Below are positions 19,764 through 29,604 of a stretch of DNA of 51,427 nucleotides, piece after piece. A program made the translations under genes and the position numbers. Each line of letters begins with the position of its first letter. The stretch's first letter is position 1. The DNA comes from an uncultured Candidatus Saccharibacteria bacterium. GTDB lineage: Bacteria > Patescibacteriota > Minisyncoccia > Phycocordibacterales > PALSA-1337. The notes beneath the pieces were generated by a model, which was not told the DNA's origin, did not search any database, and saw only the letters and a program-made list of their open reading frames with translations. Location: positions 9,892 through 61,318 of the forward strand of contig CAZQAQ010000002.1 of NCBI GenBank assembly GCA_964591325.1, given 5' to 3'.

Positions 19764-20660
19764 TTATAAAGGTAATAAAATTGTAAAACATACCAACATT
19801 TTTCCATCCACCTTTTTATTTTCTACACTTATTTTTCCATGAAGTTTTTCTTCAACTATAGACTTCACAATAGATAAACCGATTCCCAATCCTCCGTCTC
19901 TATCCTTTGTACTAAAGAAAGGATCAAATATTTTTTGAATTATATTTTCTGGTATTTCGGGTCCATTATTTTCTATTGTTATGTAATGATTATTATTAAG
20001 ATCGTACTGAGTGATTATGATCGTATTATTTTTATTTAAACTATTCTTTTCAAACGCATCTATAGAGTTTGATATTATATTTGAAAATATTTGTTGGATG
20101 TATAAAGGCTTACCGTGCCATATATAATCATGTTTTGTATCTTGTAGTATTTTAATATTATTTTTCCTTATTCTGTATAAAAGTAAGTCTAAAACACTTT
20201 CAATCTCTTCTGATATTGTACAGATCTTTGAATTATCTGATTCAGTTAAGTTTGATTTTATACTATCAAGATATCTACCAGCCCTTTCGGTTGCATCTAT
20301 AGCATTTTCTAAAGCAAGTTTATCAGTTTTATTTAAGTTATTATTTTTCTCTAGAGATTTAACATATAGAATAAGTGATGAAAATGGATTTATAAGGTCA
20401 TGAAATAGACCCTTTGAGATTTTACCAAATTCGGCCATTCTGTTTATTTCCATAAGCCTATCTTTTTGTTTGTCTACAATCTCTTTATTCATTGTCTTCA
20501 TTTCCTCCTCTACCTTTTTTCTAATCATAAGCCTTTCAGAAGCACTTATAAGACCCCTAGATCTCCTAATCTCATTATTTATTATGTATATAAGAAAAAC
20601 CATTAATGGTAACAGGGCAAATATGGTATAGGTATGAAATAGGTATGTAATAATTTCCAT
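19764..20660 (-). CDS. Sensor histidine kinase
   Basis: N-terminal TM, H-box GLFHDLINP, and an ATPase domain with N, G1 and G2 boxes (NGPEIPE...DGGLGIGLSIV). Confidence 0.8.
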   Translation of the reverse strand: MEIITYLFHTYTIFALLPLMVFLIYIINNEIRRSRGLISASERLMIRKKVEEEMKTMNKEIVDKQKDRLMEINRMAEFGKISKGLFHDLINPFSSLILYVKSLEKNNNLNKTDKLALENAIDATERAGRYLDSIKSNLTESDNSKICTISEEIESVLDLLLYRIRKNNIKILQDTKHDYIWHGKPLYIQQIFSNIISNSIDAFEKNSLNKNNTIIITQYDLNNNHYITIENNGPEIPENIIQKIFDPFFSTKDRDGGLGIGLSIVKSIVEEKLHGKISVENKKVDGKMLVCFTILLPL

Positions 20661-21329
20661 CTATGCATCTATAATATAACCTCTACCTGGGATATTTCTT
20701 ATAATATCCGCATCATCAATTGTCTGTATCTTTTTTCTTAAATTTAAGATGTGAGCCTCGACAGTATTTGAAAAAGGATCTGCATCTGCATTCCAAACGT
20801 GTTCCATTATCTGACCTCTAGAGAGTATCATACCCCTGTTTCTAACCAAGTATTCAAAAAGGCTATATTCTTTTCTGGTTAGATGGATAACTATATTTTT
20901 TCTGAATACCAAGTGTTTTTCTATATCTAAAGTTAGACTACCTATTTCTATAACTGAATTCTCTATCTCTTTCGGTCTTCTTAAAACAGTTTTTACTCTA
21001 GCTTTTAGTTCATCAAAAGAAAATGGTTTTGTAATATAATCATCTGCACCTTTGTCTAAAGCAATAATCTTTTTGTTTGTGTCACCTATAACTGATAAAA
21101 ATATTATAGGCGTATTTATTCCTTTTTGTCTTATTTCTTGTAATACTTTTATCCCATCTCTCTTTGGTAGGGAATAATCAAGTATTATGATGTCATAATG
21201 ATTTGTTCTTGCTGAGTACGAACCACTCTCTCCATCTTGTGACACGTCCACTATATGTGAATCTGCCTCAAAACCCATTCTTATGAAGTTTGCCATAGGT
21301 ATATCGTCCTCAACAATCAGAATTTTCAT
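20661..21329 (-). CDS. OmpR-family response regulator
   Basis: Likely start MKILIVEDD. Receiver Asp in IIILDYSLP. Winged-helix C-terminus (LTRKEYSLFEYL...RGYIID). Confidence 0.9.
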   Translation of the reverse strand: MKILIVEDDIPMANFIRMGFEADSHIVDVSQDGESGSYSARTNHYDIIILDYSLPKRDGIKVLQEIRQKGINTPIIFLSVIGDTNKKIIALDKGADDYITKPFSFDELKARVKTVLRRPKEIENSVIEIGSLTLDIEKHLVFRKNIVIHLTRKEYSLFEYLVRNRGMILSRGQIMEHVWNADADPFSNTVEAHILNLRKKIQTIDDADIIRNIPGRGYIIDA

Positions 21330-21448
21330 GTAATGATTATAATACAATCAACATTTCACTCAATATTTTTAGGGGAAATCTTTGATAATATTTTTATCAC
21401 TTCTTTATTTACAATATGATATACTTTATAAGTATATTGCACTTATTT

Positions 21449-21883
21449 ATGAAGAATCAAAAAATTAGTTTAAAAATTGTTTTTGTAATTTTATCAACTC
21501 TAAGTTCGTATATCTTTACGACCATACTAAAAGAGTTTTTTATGAGGGTTAGACCTGATAATATATATGGTCTTACTGACTATAGTTTTCCTTCTGCTCA
21601 TTCATCACTTTCAACTGCTTTTTTTGTCTCAGCTTTTATTGTTATTTCACCTTATATAAAAACAAAGTTTGATAGAGTTTTTCTTGATCTGATATGTATA
21701 ACTTTCCCTCTAGTCATAGGTGTGAGTAGAATAGTTATGCACGTACACTGGGTTTCGGATGTTATATGCGGATGGATACTAGGTTTTATATGTGTTGCTA
21801 TGTCTTACTATTTAGTTTGTATCTTTTATGGTGAAGGCTGGAATGGTGGCAAGAAGACACATAAGTCCAACAAGCGTAAATGA
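21449..21883 (+). CDS. PAP2-family phosphatase (short form)
   Basis: KEFFMRVRPD, PSAHS and SRIVMHVHWVSD motifs. The 3' end overlaps the convergent MFS gene by about 70 nt. Confidence 0.7.
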   Translation: MKNQKISLKIVFVILSTLSSYIFTTILKEFFMRVRPDNIYGLTDYSFPSAHSSLSTAFFVSAFIVISPYIKTKFDRVFLDLICITFPLVIGVSRIVMHVHWVSDVICGWILGFICVAMSYYLVCIFYGEGWNGGKKTHKSNKRK

Positions 21884-23002
21884 TGATTGTTGTCCGAAGC
21901 CTAGTACTAGACTAAGGCTAGTTATAAAAGGAGCAATAAAGTAGGCAATTGGCCTTGTTGCTCTGAATACTCCGAGCATACTAGAGTCGTCTGCTCTAAC
22001 AGTTTTAAAGAAATATATTTCAATCATGGTTTCAGAGAAGGCAGCACCAACTCTAGTTAGAAAAAGAGCAGTTGCCCATATCCATATACTATGAGAAGTT
22101 ATCATACTCATAACAATAGTAGTAATACCCATTATTATAAAACCAATTGTCATAATTTCTTTTTCTCCATATTTATTGTCTGCAAGTCTACCTAAAGGCC
22201 ACTGGAGAATAGGGAAAGGAATTAACATTATTGTAAGTATAATTCCTATTTCAAACCAATTTAAACCTATTACACTGTGTAAATATATTGGACTATATAC
22301 AACCATCCAAGCATAGAATGTTTGCAGTGCTATGTTTGATAAGAAAAGTTTTCTATTATTTTTATCTTTTTCTACGTGTAGTAGTGTATGCCAAATAGAT
22401 ATATGGTTATAGTTTGGATCTTTAAACCTAGGGAAGTTTTTGTATATTAAATAAAGTAGCGGTATAAGAACATATAAACTAGCAGTATAAACACCCTTGT
22501 AATCATCAGCACCATCTATGATCATAGTTCCTATAAATGGGGCAATGATCCAAGCAGTATTTATTGTAGTTAAATACATACCTCTTATTTTTCCTTCACT
22601 ACCATGTTCAGAATATACCTCTAGAAATACATCTAGTGATATACCTATCATCGATATAACCGCAGTATGCAATACAAAGAGCGTTGTAAGCATTATAGGG
22701 TCACTTGAGTGTGTAAGTCCGTATAGGAAACATATATCAAGCACTACAGCCCACATAGCCAAGGTGTAGTTTCCCATTATCCTCAGAAAACTAGGTATGA
22801 ATAAAAAGGCTAAAGAGGTAACAGCAGCACCTATCATGTATATGATTCCAACTGTATTTTGATTTGCAAACAAACTTAAGAAACTCGAGTTTGAATACAT
22901 CGGCATCACAAGAGATATAGTATATACAAAACCTATTATGGCTATTGTATATATTTTGTGATTATTTCCTTTCGCAATACCTAGTGATGAGTGATGTTTC
23001 AT
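21812..23002 (-). CDS. MFS-type transporter
   Basis: 396 aa, about 12 hydrophobic segments in a 6+6 arrangement. Confidence 0.7.
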   Translation of the reverse strand: MKHHSSLGIAKGNNHKIYTIAIIGFVYTISLVMPMYSNSSFLSLFANQNTVGIIYMIGAAVTSLAFLFIPSFLRIMGNYTLAMWAVVLDICFLYGLTHSSDPIMLTTLFVLHTAVISMIGISLDVFLEVYSEHGSEGKIRGMYLTTINTAWIIAPFIGTMIIDGADDYKGVYTASLYVLIPLLYLIYKNFPRFKDPNYNHISIWHTLLHVEKDKNNRKLFLSNIALQTFYAWMVVYSPIYLHSVIGLNWFEIGIILTIMLIPFPILQWPLGRLADNKYGEKEIMTIGFIIMGITTIVMSMITSHSIWIWATALFLTRVGAAFSETMIEIYFFKTVRADDSSMLGVFRATRPIAYFIAPFITSLSLVLGFGQQSSFTLVGLMCLLATIPAFTIKDTN

Positions 23003-23040
23003 TCACTAATTATAGCAATAAAACAAAAGGTTTCGCTAGG

Positions 23041-25011
23041 TTATACAGACAAAAGTACTGGGATAACTATAGGTCTCTTTGCAGTTTTCTGTAATAGGAA
23101 TTTGCTTACATTATCTGTAATATTTGTCTTTACATACTCAACATTTATTGGATTCATTCCTTTTGTTGATTCTTCTACTGTATTTTTTATAACTATTCTT
23201 GCTTGATGTAGAAGTTCTTGTGACTCACGAAGATAAACGAAACCTCTAGATATGATATCAGGTGATTTCTTAAGCTTTCCAGTCTGGTTGTTTATGATTG
23301 CAAAGACGATAAATATTCCATCTTGTGCAAGCATTTGTCTGTCTCTGATAACTACATCTTGTATATCTCCAACTGAGAATCCATCAACCATAACTATTCC
23401 TGATGGCGCTTTCTCTTTCAATTTAACAATTTTTTTACCTTCATCTTGAATTTCAACTACAGATCCATTGTCTGGTATTACTATGCTTTCTTCAGGTAGA
23501 TTGTTTGCTTCTTTTGCAATATCACCATGTACTCTAAGCATGTAGTGATAACCGTGAACTGGCATAAAGAATCTTGGATTTATCTTTTTGTGTATCCAAG
23601 CTGTTTCATCTCTGTTTGCATGTCCAGATGAGTGAACATCAGCTATTCTGTAGTGAATAATATTTGCACCTTGGCGTGATAGATTGTCTTTTAGTTTTTG
23701 AACTGCACGTTCATTTCCTGGAATAACTGAAGAAGATAGAAGTATAGTATCTCTTTTTGTTATCTTTATATATTTATGTGTTCTATTTGCTATACGCATC
23801 ATTGCTGCATATTCATCTCCTTGAGCACCTGTAGCAAGAACTACTATTCTTTCTGGTGGATAGCTATCCATTTCTTCTACGGTAATAAGTGTATCTTTTT
23901 TTGGTTTAAGTAGACCTAGGTGACGACATATCTCTATGTTTGTCTTCATGCTTCTACCTTCAACTACTACTTTCTTTCCGTATTTTTCAGAGTAATCAAT
24001 TATCTTTAGCATTCTTTCAAGTAGGGAAGCAAAAGTTGCTATAACCAATCTTCCTTTTGCATTTTTGATTATTTCTTCAATATTTCTATGAACAACTTTT
24101 TCTGGAATAGAGAAACCTGGGTTTTCTACGTTTGTAGAATCTGCCATAAGTAAAAGCACATTTCTATTTTTGAAAGCTCTTTCATATTCTTTTTCCTCTT
24201 CTTCAGTTGGCACTCCGTCAACGTGATCTAGTTTCAAGTCTCCAGTGTGAACTATAGAACCATGAGGAGTTTCTACAATAATTCCCATTGCATCAGGAAT
24301 AGTGTGTGTAACTGCAAAGAATTTAACTTTAAGTGCTCCAAGAGTTATTGTTTCATCTTTTTCAACTACCTTTATATCTAGAGGTGGTACATGAGCAAAT
24401 TCCTCTTGTCTCTTTTTAACCATAACAGAAGTTAGCATACGAGTATAAAGTGGAGGATTACCAATTCTTGGCATAACATAAGGTATACCTCCTATGTGGT
24501 CTAGGTGTCCGTGAGTTATTATCACTGCTTTTATTTTATTTTTTCTTTCTTCAACATATCTAGTGTTTGGAAGTATATAGTCAATTCCTGGAGTGTTTTC
24601 ATCTTTGAATTGAAACCCTATATCTATAAGTATGATGTCATCACCATATTCGATCATGGTCATGTTTTTACCGATTTCTTCTACTCCTCCTAGTGGAACG
24701 ATACGAATATTGCCTTTTTCTAGAGCTGGTATAACATCCTCAGGTTTTTTATTTGAACCCTCTTCCTTTTTTAGTGGATGAACTTCTCTTGGCATCTTAT
24801 CTTTCATTCTTCCAAGTGTTCTGTGGCCTTGTGGTCTTCTTGGTCCACGATTTGTATTTCTATGATCATGAGATCTTAGACCATGTGAAGGCCTTTTATC
24901 CGTATCTTTTGTAGCTTCAGGTGAATTTACTTTTGTTTCATTTACCTGCATTTTTTCTACCTGTTTATCCAACTGTTTGTCTATTTTATTGTCTAAATTT
25001 TGTTTTTCCAT
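23041..25011 (-). CDS. rnj: Ribonuclease J with a basic N-terminal extension of about 100 aa
   Basis: Metallo-beta-lactamase motif ITHGHLDHIGG, beta-CASP region, HSSGHA. The canonical core starts near IRIVPLGGVEEIG. Confidence 0.9.
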   Translation of the reverse strand: MEKQNLDNKIDKQLDKQVEKMQVNETKVNSPEATKDTDKRPSHGLRSHDHRNTNRGPRRPQGHRTLGRMKDKMPREVHPLKKEEGSNKKPEDVIPALEKGNIRIVPLGGVEEIGKNMTMIEYGDDIILIDIGFQFKDENTPGIDYILPNTRYVEERKNKIKAVIITHGHLDHIGGIPYVMPRIGNPPLYTRMLTSVMVKKRQEEFAHVPPLDIKVVEKDETITLGALKVKFFAVTHTIPDAMGIIVETPHGSIVHTGDLKLDHVDGVPTEEEEKEYERAFKNRNVLLLMADSTNVENPGFSIPEKVVHRNIEEIIKNAKGRLVIATFASLLERMLKIIDYSEKYGKKVVVEGRSMKTNIEICRHLGLLKPKKDTLITVEEMDSYPPERIVVLATGAQGDEYAAMMRIANRTHKYIKITKRDTILLSSSVIPGNERAVQKLKDNLSRQGANIIHYRIADVHSSGHANRDETAWIHKKINPRFFMPVHGYHYMLRVHGDIAKEANNLPEESIVIPDNGSVVEIQDEGKKIVKLKEKAPSGIVMVDGFSVGDIQDVVIRDRQMLAQDGIFIVFAIINNQTGKLKKSPDIISRGFVYLRESQELLHQARIVIKNTVEESTKGMNPINVEYVKTNITDNVSKFLLQKTAKRPIVIPVLLSV

Positions 25012-25053
25012 TTTTTTATTTTAATTTCTTAATTTTATTTATTTCTATTTCAT

Positions 25054-26820
25054 CTATATTTTATTGACGAATATTTTCCATACATCCTCTGTCTCCACAT
25101 ACCATTTTTCAATATTGTAGAATCTATCGGAAATAGTCGTAATATCTTTTAAATCAATCCCACCAACTTTTTCTGGAACTATGTACATAAATTCCGGTGA
25201 ATAAAGGAAAATAGCTGGTACATCTCTCTCGATTATTTCATCGAATTGTGAATATAGCTTCGTTCTCTCCTTCTCATCAAAAGTAACCCTAGCATCTTCT
25301 AGTAGCTTATCCGTTCTACTATTTACATACATAGCTACATTGAGACCTGGGGCAGTTCTTTGTGAAGAATGCCAGAATGCATATAGGTCTAGATCTTTTC
25401 CGACAAATTCACCAAAAAGTAGCGCATCATACTTTCTTGTAGATATTATATTTTGATATAGGTCGCCGTATTCAAATATTTTTACATTTACTTTTGCGCC
25501 TATAGCTTCCCATTGAGCTTTTATTATTTCTGCAGTCTCTTTCAAATCAGGTGTGTCTGCTGTTGCAATAGAAAATTCTAATTTCTTTGTATTTTTTCCT
25601 TCTTTTTTCTCTAGAACCCCATCGCTGTTTAGTGTCCAACCTGCTTTTGCCAATATATCTTTTGCTTTATCAACATTGGCTTTATTTACTTTATCTTTAT
25701 TTATATTTTTATAAAGTATTTGATCGGGTATAGGGCTATCGATTTTTACACCATAGCCGAATAACACTCTTTTGATTATATAATCTTTATCTACCGCAAG
25801 ATCCAAAGCCTGTCTTACTTCTATAGAAGAAAATACTGTAGCTTGGTTTTGATTTAGGAATACTCCAAATATTCTTGGTAAAGGGAAGTGAAGTATTTTT
25901 GCATTTGGTACTCCTGAAGATATGCTACTTGCTTCTTTTGGAGATATTCCTGCTACACTTTCTATTATTCCTTTTTTATATGAATCGATTGCATCTTTTT
26001 CGCTAGGGAAGAAATACAATACAAACTTTGTTATATAAGCTTCTTCATTGTGATATCTTTGCCAAGCAGTAAGTTCATAATATTCTGGTATTCCGTCACT
26101 ATTTTTCTTTATTGAAGATATCTTATATGGACCTGATCCTATTGGTTCTACATTGTTTTGACTAAATACAAATTGTGAAGAATCAACTTTTGACCAGATA
26201 TGTTCAGGCAGTATACCTATTGTAGTATTTGTAATAAAAGGTGTGTATATTTGTTTTAAAATAAATTGAACTTCATAATCATTTATTATCTTTACACTAA
26301 CATTTGCCCAATCTGCTTTTTTTGGATTCTTTATATTTGCATCTTGAATCTTTTTTATTGTAAATTCAACATCTTTTGCTGTAAGTGGAACTCCATCATG
26401 GAATCTTACATTTCTTTTTATTTTAAATGTGTATACCAAACCATCATCTGAGACTTTATAACTTTCAGCAACATCTGGTACTAGATCCCCATTTTTATAT
26501 CTCATCAAACCAGAATATATAAGTGTATCAAGATCTCTATCTACATCAGTAAAAGCTAGTACAGGGTTAATAGAATGGGGTAGACCAATAATTCCTTCTT
26601 TTAATTCACCACCATAAGCTGGTACTGGTACAAGAAAATAATTGTTTACATAAGATGCTAGGGCTATAGATCCCATAAATAACAATAATGTAAAAAAACC
26701 AAATATAACCTTTTCGGTCATTGAAAATTGTCGAATAATGGCAAGTATCTTATCGCCACCTCTAATTCTTAATTCTTTATTAATTGTCTCTTTTTCTGTG
26801 TTCACGGAAGTATGCGCCAA
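25054..26820 (-). CDS. ABC-transporter substrate-binding protein, family 5 (peptide/nickel type), membrane-anchored
   Basis: 588 aa. N-terminal TM anchor and family-5-type length and sequence pattern. Start codon uncertain (TTG listed). Confidence 0.75.
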   Translation of the reverse strand: MAHTSVNTEKETINKELRIRGGDKILAIIRQFSMTEKVIFGFFTLLLFMGSIALASYVNNYFLVPVPAYGGELKEGIIGLPHSINPVLAFTDVDRDLDTLIYSGLMRYKNGDLVPDVAESYKVSDDGLVYTFKIKRNVRFHDGVPLTAKDVEFTIKKIQDANIKNPKKADWANVSVKIINDYEVQFILKQIYTPFITNTTIGILPEHIWSKVDSSQFVFSQNNVEPIGSGPYKISSIKKNSDGIPEYYELTAWQRYHNEEAYITKFVLYFFPSEKDAIDSYKKGIIESVAGISPKEASSISSGVPNAKILHFPLPRIFGVFLNQNQATVFSSIEVRQALDLAVDKDYIIKRVLFGYGVKIDSPIPDQILYKNINKDKVNKANVDKAKDILAKAGWTLNSDGVLEKKEGKNTKKLEFSIATADTPDLKETAEIIKAQWEAIGAKVNVKIFEYGDLYQNIISTRKYDALLFGEFVGKDLDLYAFWHSSQRTAPGLNVAMYVNSRTDKLLEDARVTFDEKERTKLYSQFDEIIERDVPAIFLYSPEFMYIVPEKVGGIDLKDITTISDRFYNIEKWYVETEDVWKIFVNKI

Positions 26821-26851
26821 CCAGAGTATAAACTAGGATGTATACGCTTCT

Positions 26852-27082
26852 TTATATTAGTGAAATAAGTGATGCAATAACAAATAGTATAGATATAACT
26901 ATAGTTAAAATGAAGAGAGTCTTTTCAAGTCCTCTACGAGTATGGTAAGCAGAGCTGAAGTTATCGCCTCCACCGAAAGCTCCACCAATCTGAGAACCAG
27001 TTCTTTGTAGAAGAATGGCCACAAGAAGTATTACCGATAAAATAATCTGCACATAAGGCAGAATTGATTGAATAGTCTTCAT
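26852..27082 (-). CDS. secG: Preprotein translocase subunit SecG
   Basis: Likely start MKTIQSILPYVQIILSVILLVAILLQRTGS..GGAFGGG, then a second TM. 76 aa. Confidence 0.8.
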   Translation of the reverse strand: MKTIQSILPYVQIILSVILLVAILLQRTGSQIGGAFGGGDNFSSAYHTRRGLEKTLFILTIVISILFVIASLISLI

Positions 27083-27133
27083 TGGGATGTAATATAGCAT
27101 AGAGATTTTTGCTATGCAAGTTGTATAAATCAT

Positions 27134-27171
27134 AAAAAAGCCCCGCTCACCTCAAAGAGGTAGAGCGGGGC
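27134..27171 (-). terminator. Rho-independent terminator downstream of the ABC exporter gene
   Basis: GCCCCGCTC-14 nt-GAGCGGGGC with a T-run on the minus strand (A-run at 27134-27139). Confidence 0.7.
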
Positions 27172-27185
27172 ACTTTACTGTTTTT

Positions 27186-28973
27186 TTAACTCCTATTTCC
27201 AGAGACGGTACTCATAGCACGTAAGAGTCTATTAAACTCAGGACAAGTCCTTGTTAAATACTCATGACTGCCGTTTCCAACAATTTTGCCATTTTCAAAT
27301 ACAAAAATTGTATCAAATAGTGGTAATAAATGAAGTCCGTGAACAATTGAAATTATCGTTTTATCACTAAACCCAGAGAAGATCCTTCGACAAACTTCAA
27401 GTTCAGTAGCTTTATCCAAACCACTTGTTTGTTCATCAAGCAGAATTATATCTCTATTTCTTGATGCTAAAAGACCTCTAGACATTGCGAGTCTTTGTTG
27501 TTGTCCACCAGAAAGGTTTACACCTTTTTCTTTTGTTGAAGATTCTAGACCCTTTGGTAATCCTGATATAACCTCACTGAAACATGCCATTTCAGCATAT
27601 CTGTTTATATATTCTTCACCTACATCTGGATCATACATCGTGATATTTTCTCTGATTGTACTTGCGAATATTTCAGGATTTTGAGGAATAAGTGCAATCG
27701 CATCTGATATTCCTGCAAACCCATCAGGTATAGGTGAACCATCAACACTTAATTTTAGAGATTGAGGATGATATAGATTTCTAAGTATCCTCATCATTGT
27801 GGTTTTTCCACCACCTGTGTGTCCAATAAAAGCGATTTTTTGACCACGCTCTATTGTTGCAGAATTTACTTCAAGATGGATTTCTCCTTCTTTTCCACCA
27901 GAGTAGGAGAATTCAAGATTATTAATCCTAATATTTCTCCAAAATTTTGGTAGAACATGTTCCACTTCTTTCTCTTGTGTAAATTGTGAAGCGATAGTTT
28001 CTACATTTGCAACCTTTGATCTTTGCTTCACTACATTGCCATATGTATTAGCAAAATAAAAAAACAAGTTTTCTATTTTGCCTAGATAATTAAGTAGTAG
28101 ATATATACTGCTTATAGCTATCACTTGCCCAGATTTACTTATTTGCCAAAAGTGCGTTCCTAGGACAAGTACAGTTGTTATAGAACTGCATATTGCAACT
28201 AGACACCACTTCATTTCATTTATACGATTATTACGCATCTGTAATTCGTACGGTCTTTCTATATCTTGTGATATAGATCCGAAGAAGTGTTTTTGAACTC
28301 TTAATATAATTATTGTTGATATATTTCCTATAGCGTCCTGTATTCTTTCGGACACTTTATTGTCATTCTTATTTAGAATGTCATATTGTTTTACCAATAC
28401 TTTATCAAAAGCAATTGTTATCGCTACTGATATTGTAAGCATTGTTGTAACAATAAATATAGAAGAGTGGCTAAAGTACACTAGCATTGAATAGCTAGCA
28501 ATTAACCTCATGATTGCATATATGACTTGGAATGAATCAGATGAAAAATCATACAGTGCCTCTCGGCCACCTTTGATCTTATCAACTGTATCACCAGAAT
28601 GATTGTCGACATGCCATTGCATTGGCAATTTCATTACACCGTCAATTAAGAATCTCGTATAGTTCGCTCTTAATTTAAATGCATTTCTTAATTCCATGCA
28701 TCTTGCTGGTCCATGAAATACCCAAAATAAAACTGTAGTTGCAAACAATAGACTAAGCATGACCAAGATTGAGCCAATGTTTTCTTTATTAACTCCTTGG
28801 CTTTGTACCTTATCCATTATCCTTGCTAGTAGTAGTGGGTATAAGAATGTATCAATACATTCCGCCAATAAAAAGAAAATCCAATAACTTACGATATTCT
28901 TTTTATTATTTGAGTGTTGCCAGACTTTACCAAAAAGGTAAAGCAATGGATTCCTTTCGTTTACTGCTTTCAT
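27186..28973 (-). CDS. ABC exporter, fused permease and ATPase (MsbA/multidrug type)
   Basis: Six-TM N-terminal half. Walker A GHTGGGKTT, signature LSGGQQQR, Walker B ILLDEQTS. Strong SD (AGGAGGTAAAATG). Confidence 0.85.
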   Translation of the reverse strand: MKAVNERNPLLYLFGKVWQHSNNKKNIVSYWIFFLLAECIDTFLYPLLLARIMDKVQSQGVNKENIGSILVMLSLLFATTVLFWVFHGPARCMELRNAFKLRANYTRFLIDGVMKLPMQWHVDNHSGDTVDKIKGGREALYDFSSDSFQVIYAIMRLIASYSMLVYFSHSSIFIVTTMLTISVAITIAFDKVLVKQYDILNKNDNKVSERIQDAIGNISTIIILRVQKHFFGSISQDIERPYELQMRNNRINEMKWCLVAICSSITTVLVLGTHFWQISKSGQVIAISSIYLLLNYLGKIENLFFYFANTYGNVVKQRSKVANVETIASQFTQEKEVEHVLPKFWRNIRINNLEFSYSGGKEGEIHLEVNSATIERGQKIAFIGHTGGGKTTMMRILRNLYHPQSLKLSVDGSPIPDGFAGISDAIALIPQNPEIFASTIRENITMYDPDVGEEYINRYAEMACFSEVISGLPKGLESSTKEKGVNLSGGQQQRLAMSRGLLASRNRDIILLDEQTSGLDKATELEVCRRIFSGFSDKTIISIVHGLHLLPLFDTIFVFENGKIVGNGSHEYLTRTCPEFNRLLRAMSTVSGNRS

Positions 28974-29000
28974 TTTACCTCCTATTTTGTTGTAAAGAAC

Positions 29001-29029
29001 TAAAAAATGCCGCTTTGCGCGGCATTTTA
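29001..29029 (-). terminator. Terminator-like hairpin inside the 5' leader of the ABC exporter gene
   Basis: On the minus strand: ATGCCGC-GCAAA-GCGGCAT followed by TTTTTT. Ends about 20 nt before the SD of the exporter gene. Confidence 0.5.
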
Positions 29030-29225
29030 AGTATTCAATTCAATAGATTAAAAACTTATAACACAGCGCAATATAGCCAGTTTCCTGGACGACTATATGT
29101 ATTTAGCTTTTGTGTATTTATTTTCATATGCTTTTTTACGATAGCTTATTATAACCAATAAGTCAAGTTGTATATGCCCAAGCCTTATATATAATACGAA
29201 TACATTATTAGCTAAATAAAACTAT

Positions 29226-29588
29226 ATGAAAAAGAAGACACAAAAAAAGATTTTTAAGAAAAAAGTTTCATCAGAACCAAAAGTAGTTGAGTCTTTATAT
29301 CCTATAGAACCACTTTCAGATAGAGTACTTATAAAAGAAGATAATGAGAGTAAAGAAAAGACAACTGCTTCAGGAATAATAATTCCTTCAACTGTAGTTG
29401 AAGATAAAAGTGGAAAGAGAGGAGTTGTTATCGCCATTGGCAAAGGTAGATATGAAGATGGAAAATATATTCCTTTGTCTGTAAAAGTTAACGATAAAGT
29501 TTTATTTCAATGGGGAGACAAAATAGTTGTAGACGATACAGAGTATTTTGTGGTTAGAGAGTCAGAGATTTTGGCTATTATCAGATAA
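29226..29588 (+). CDS. groES: Co-chaperonin GroES with a Lys-rich N-terminal extension of about 24 aa
   Basis: IEPLSDRVLIKE...ASGIIIP...GVVIAIG...GDKV core. No internal start codon near the canonical N-terminus. Confidence 0.9.
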   Translation: MKKKTQKKIFKKKVSSEPKVVESLYPIEPLSDRVLIKEDNESKEKTTASGIIIPSTVVEDKSGKRGVVIAIGKGRYEDGKYIPLSVKVNDKVLFQWGDKIVVDDTEYFVVRESEILAIIR

Positions 29589-29604
29589 ATATAAAAATAA
29601 AAAC

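Noticed and set aside
29160-29225. Search for a CIRCE (HrcA) operator upstream of groES
   Set aside because: I found no TTAGCACTC-N9-GAGTGCTAA-like inverted repeat. Only an isolated TTAGC is present.
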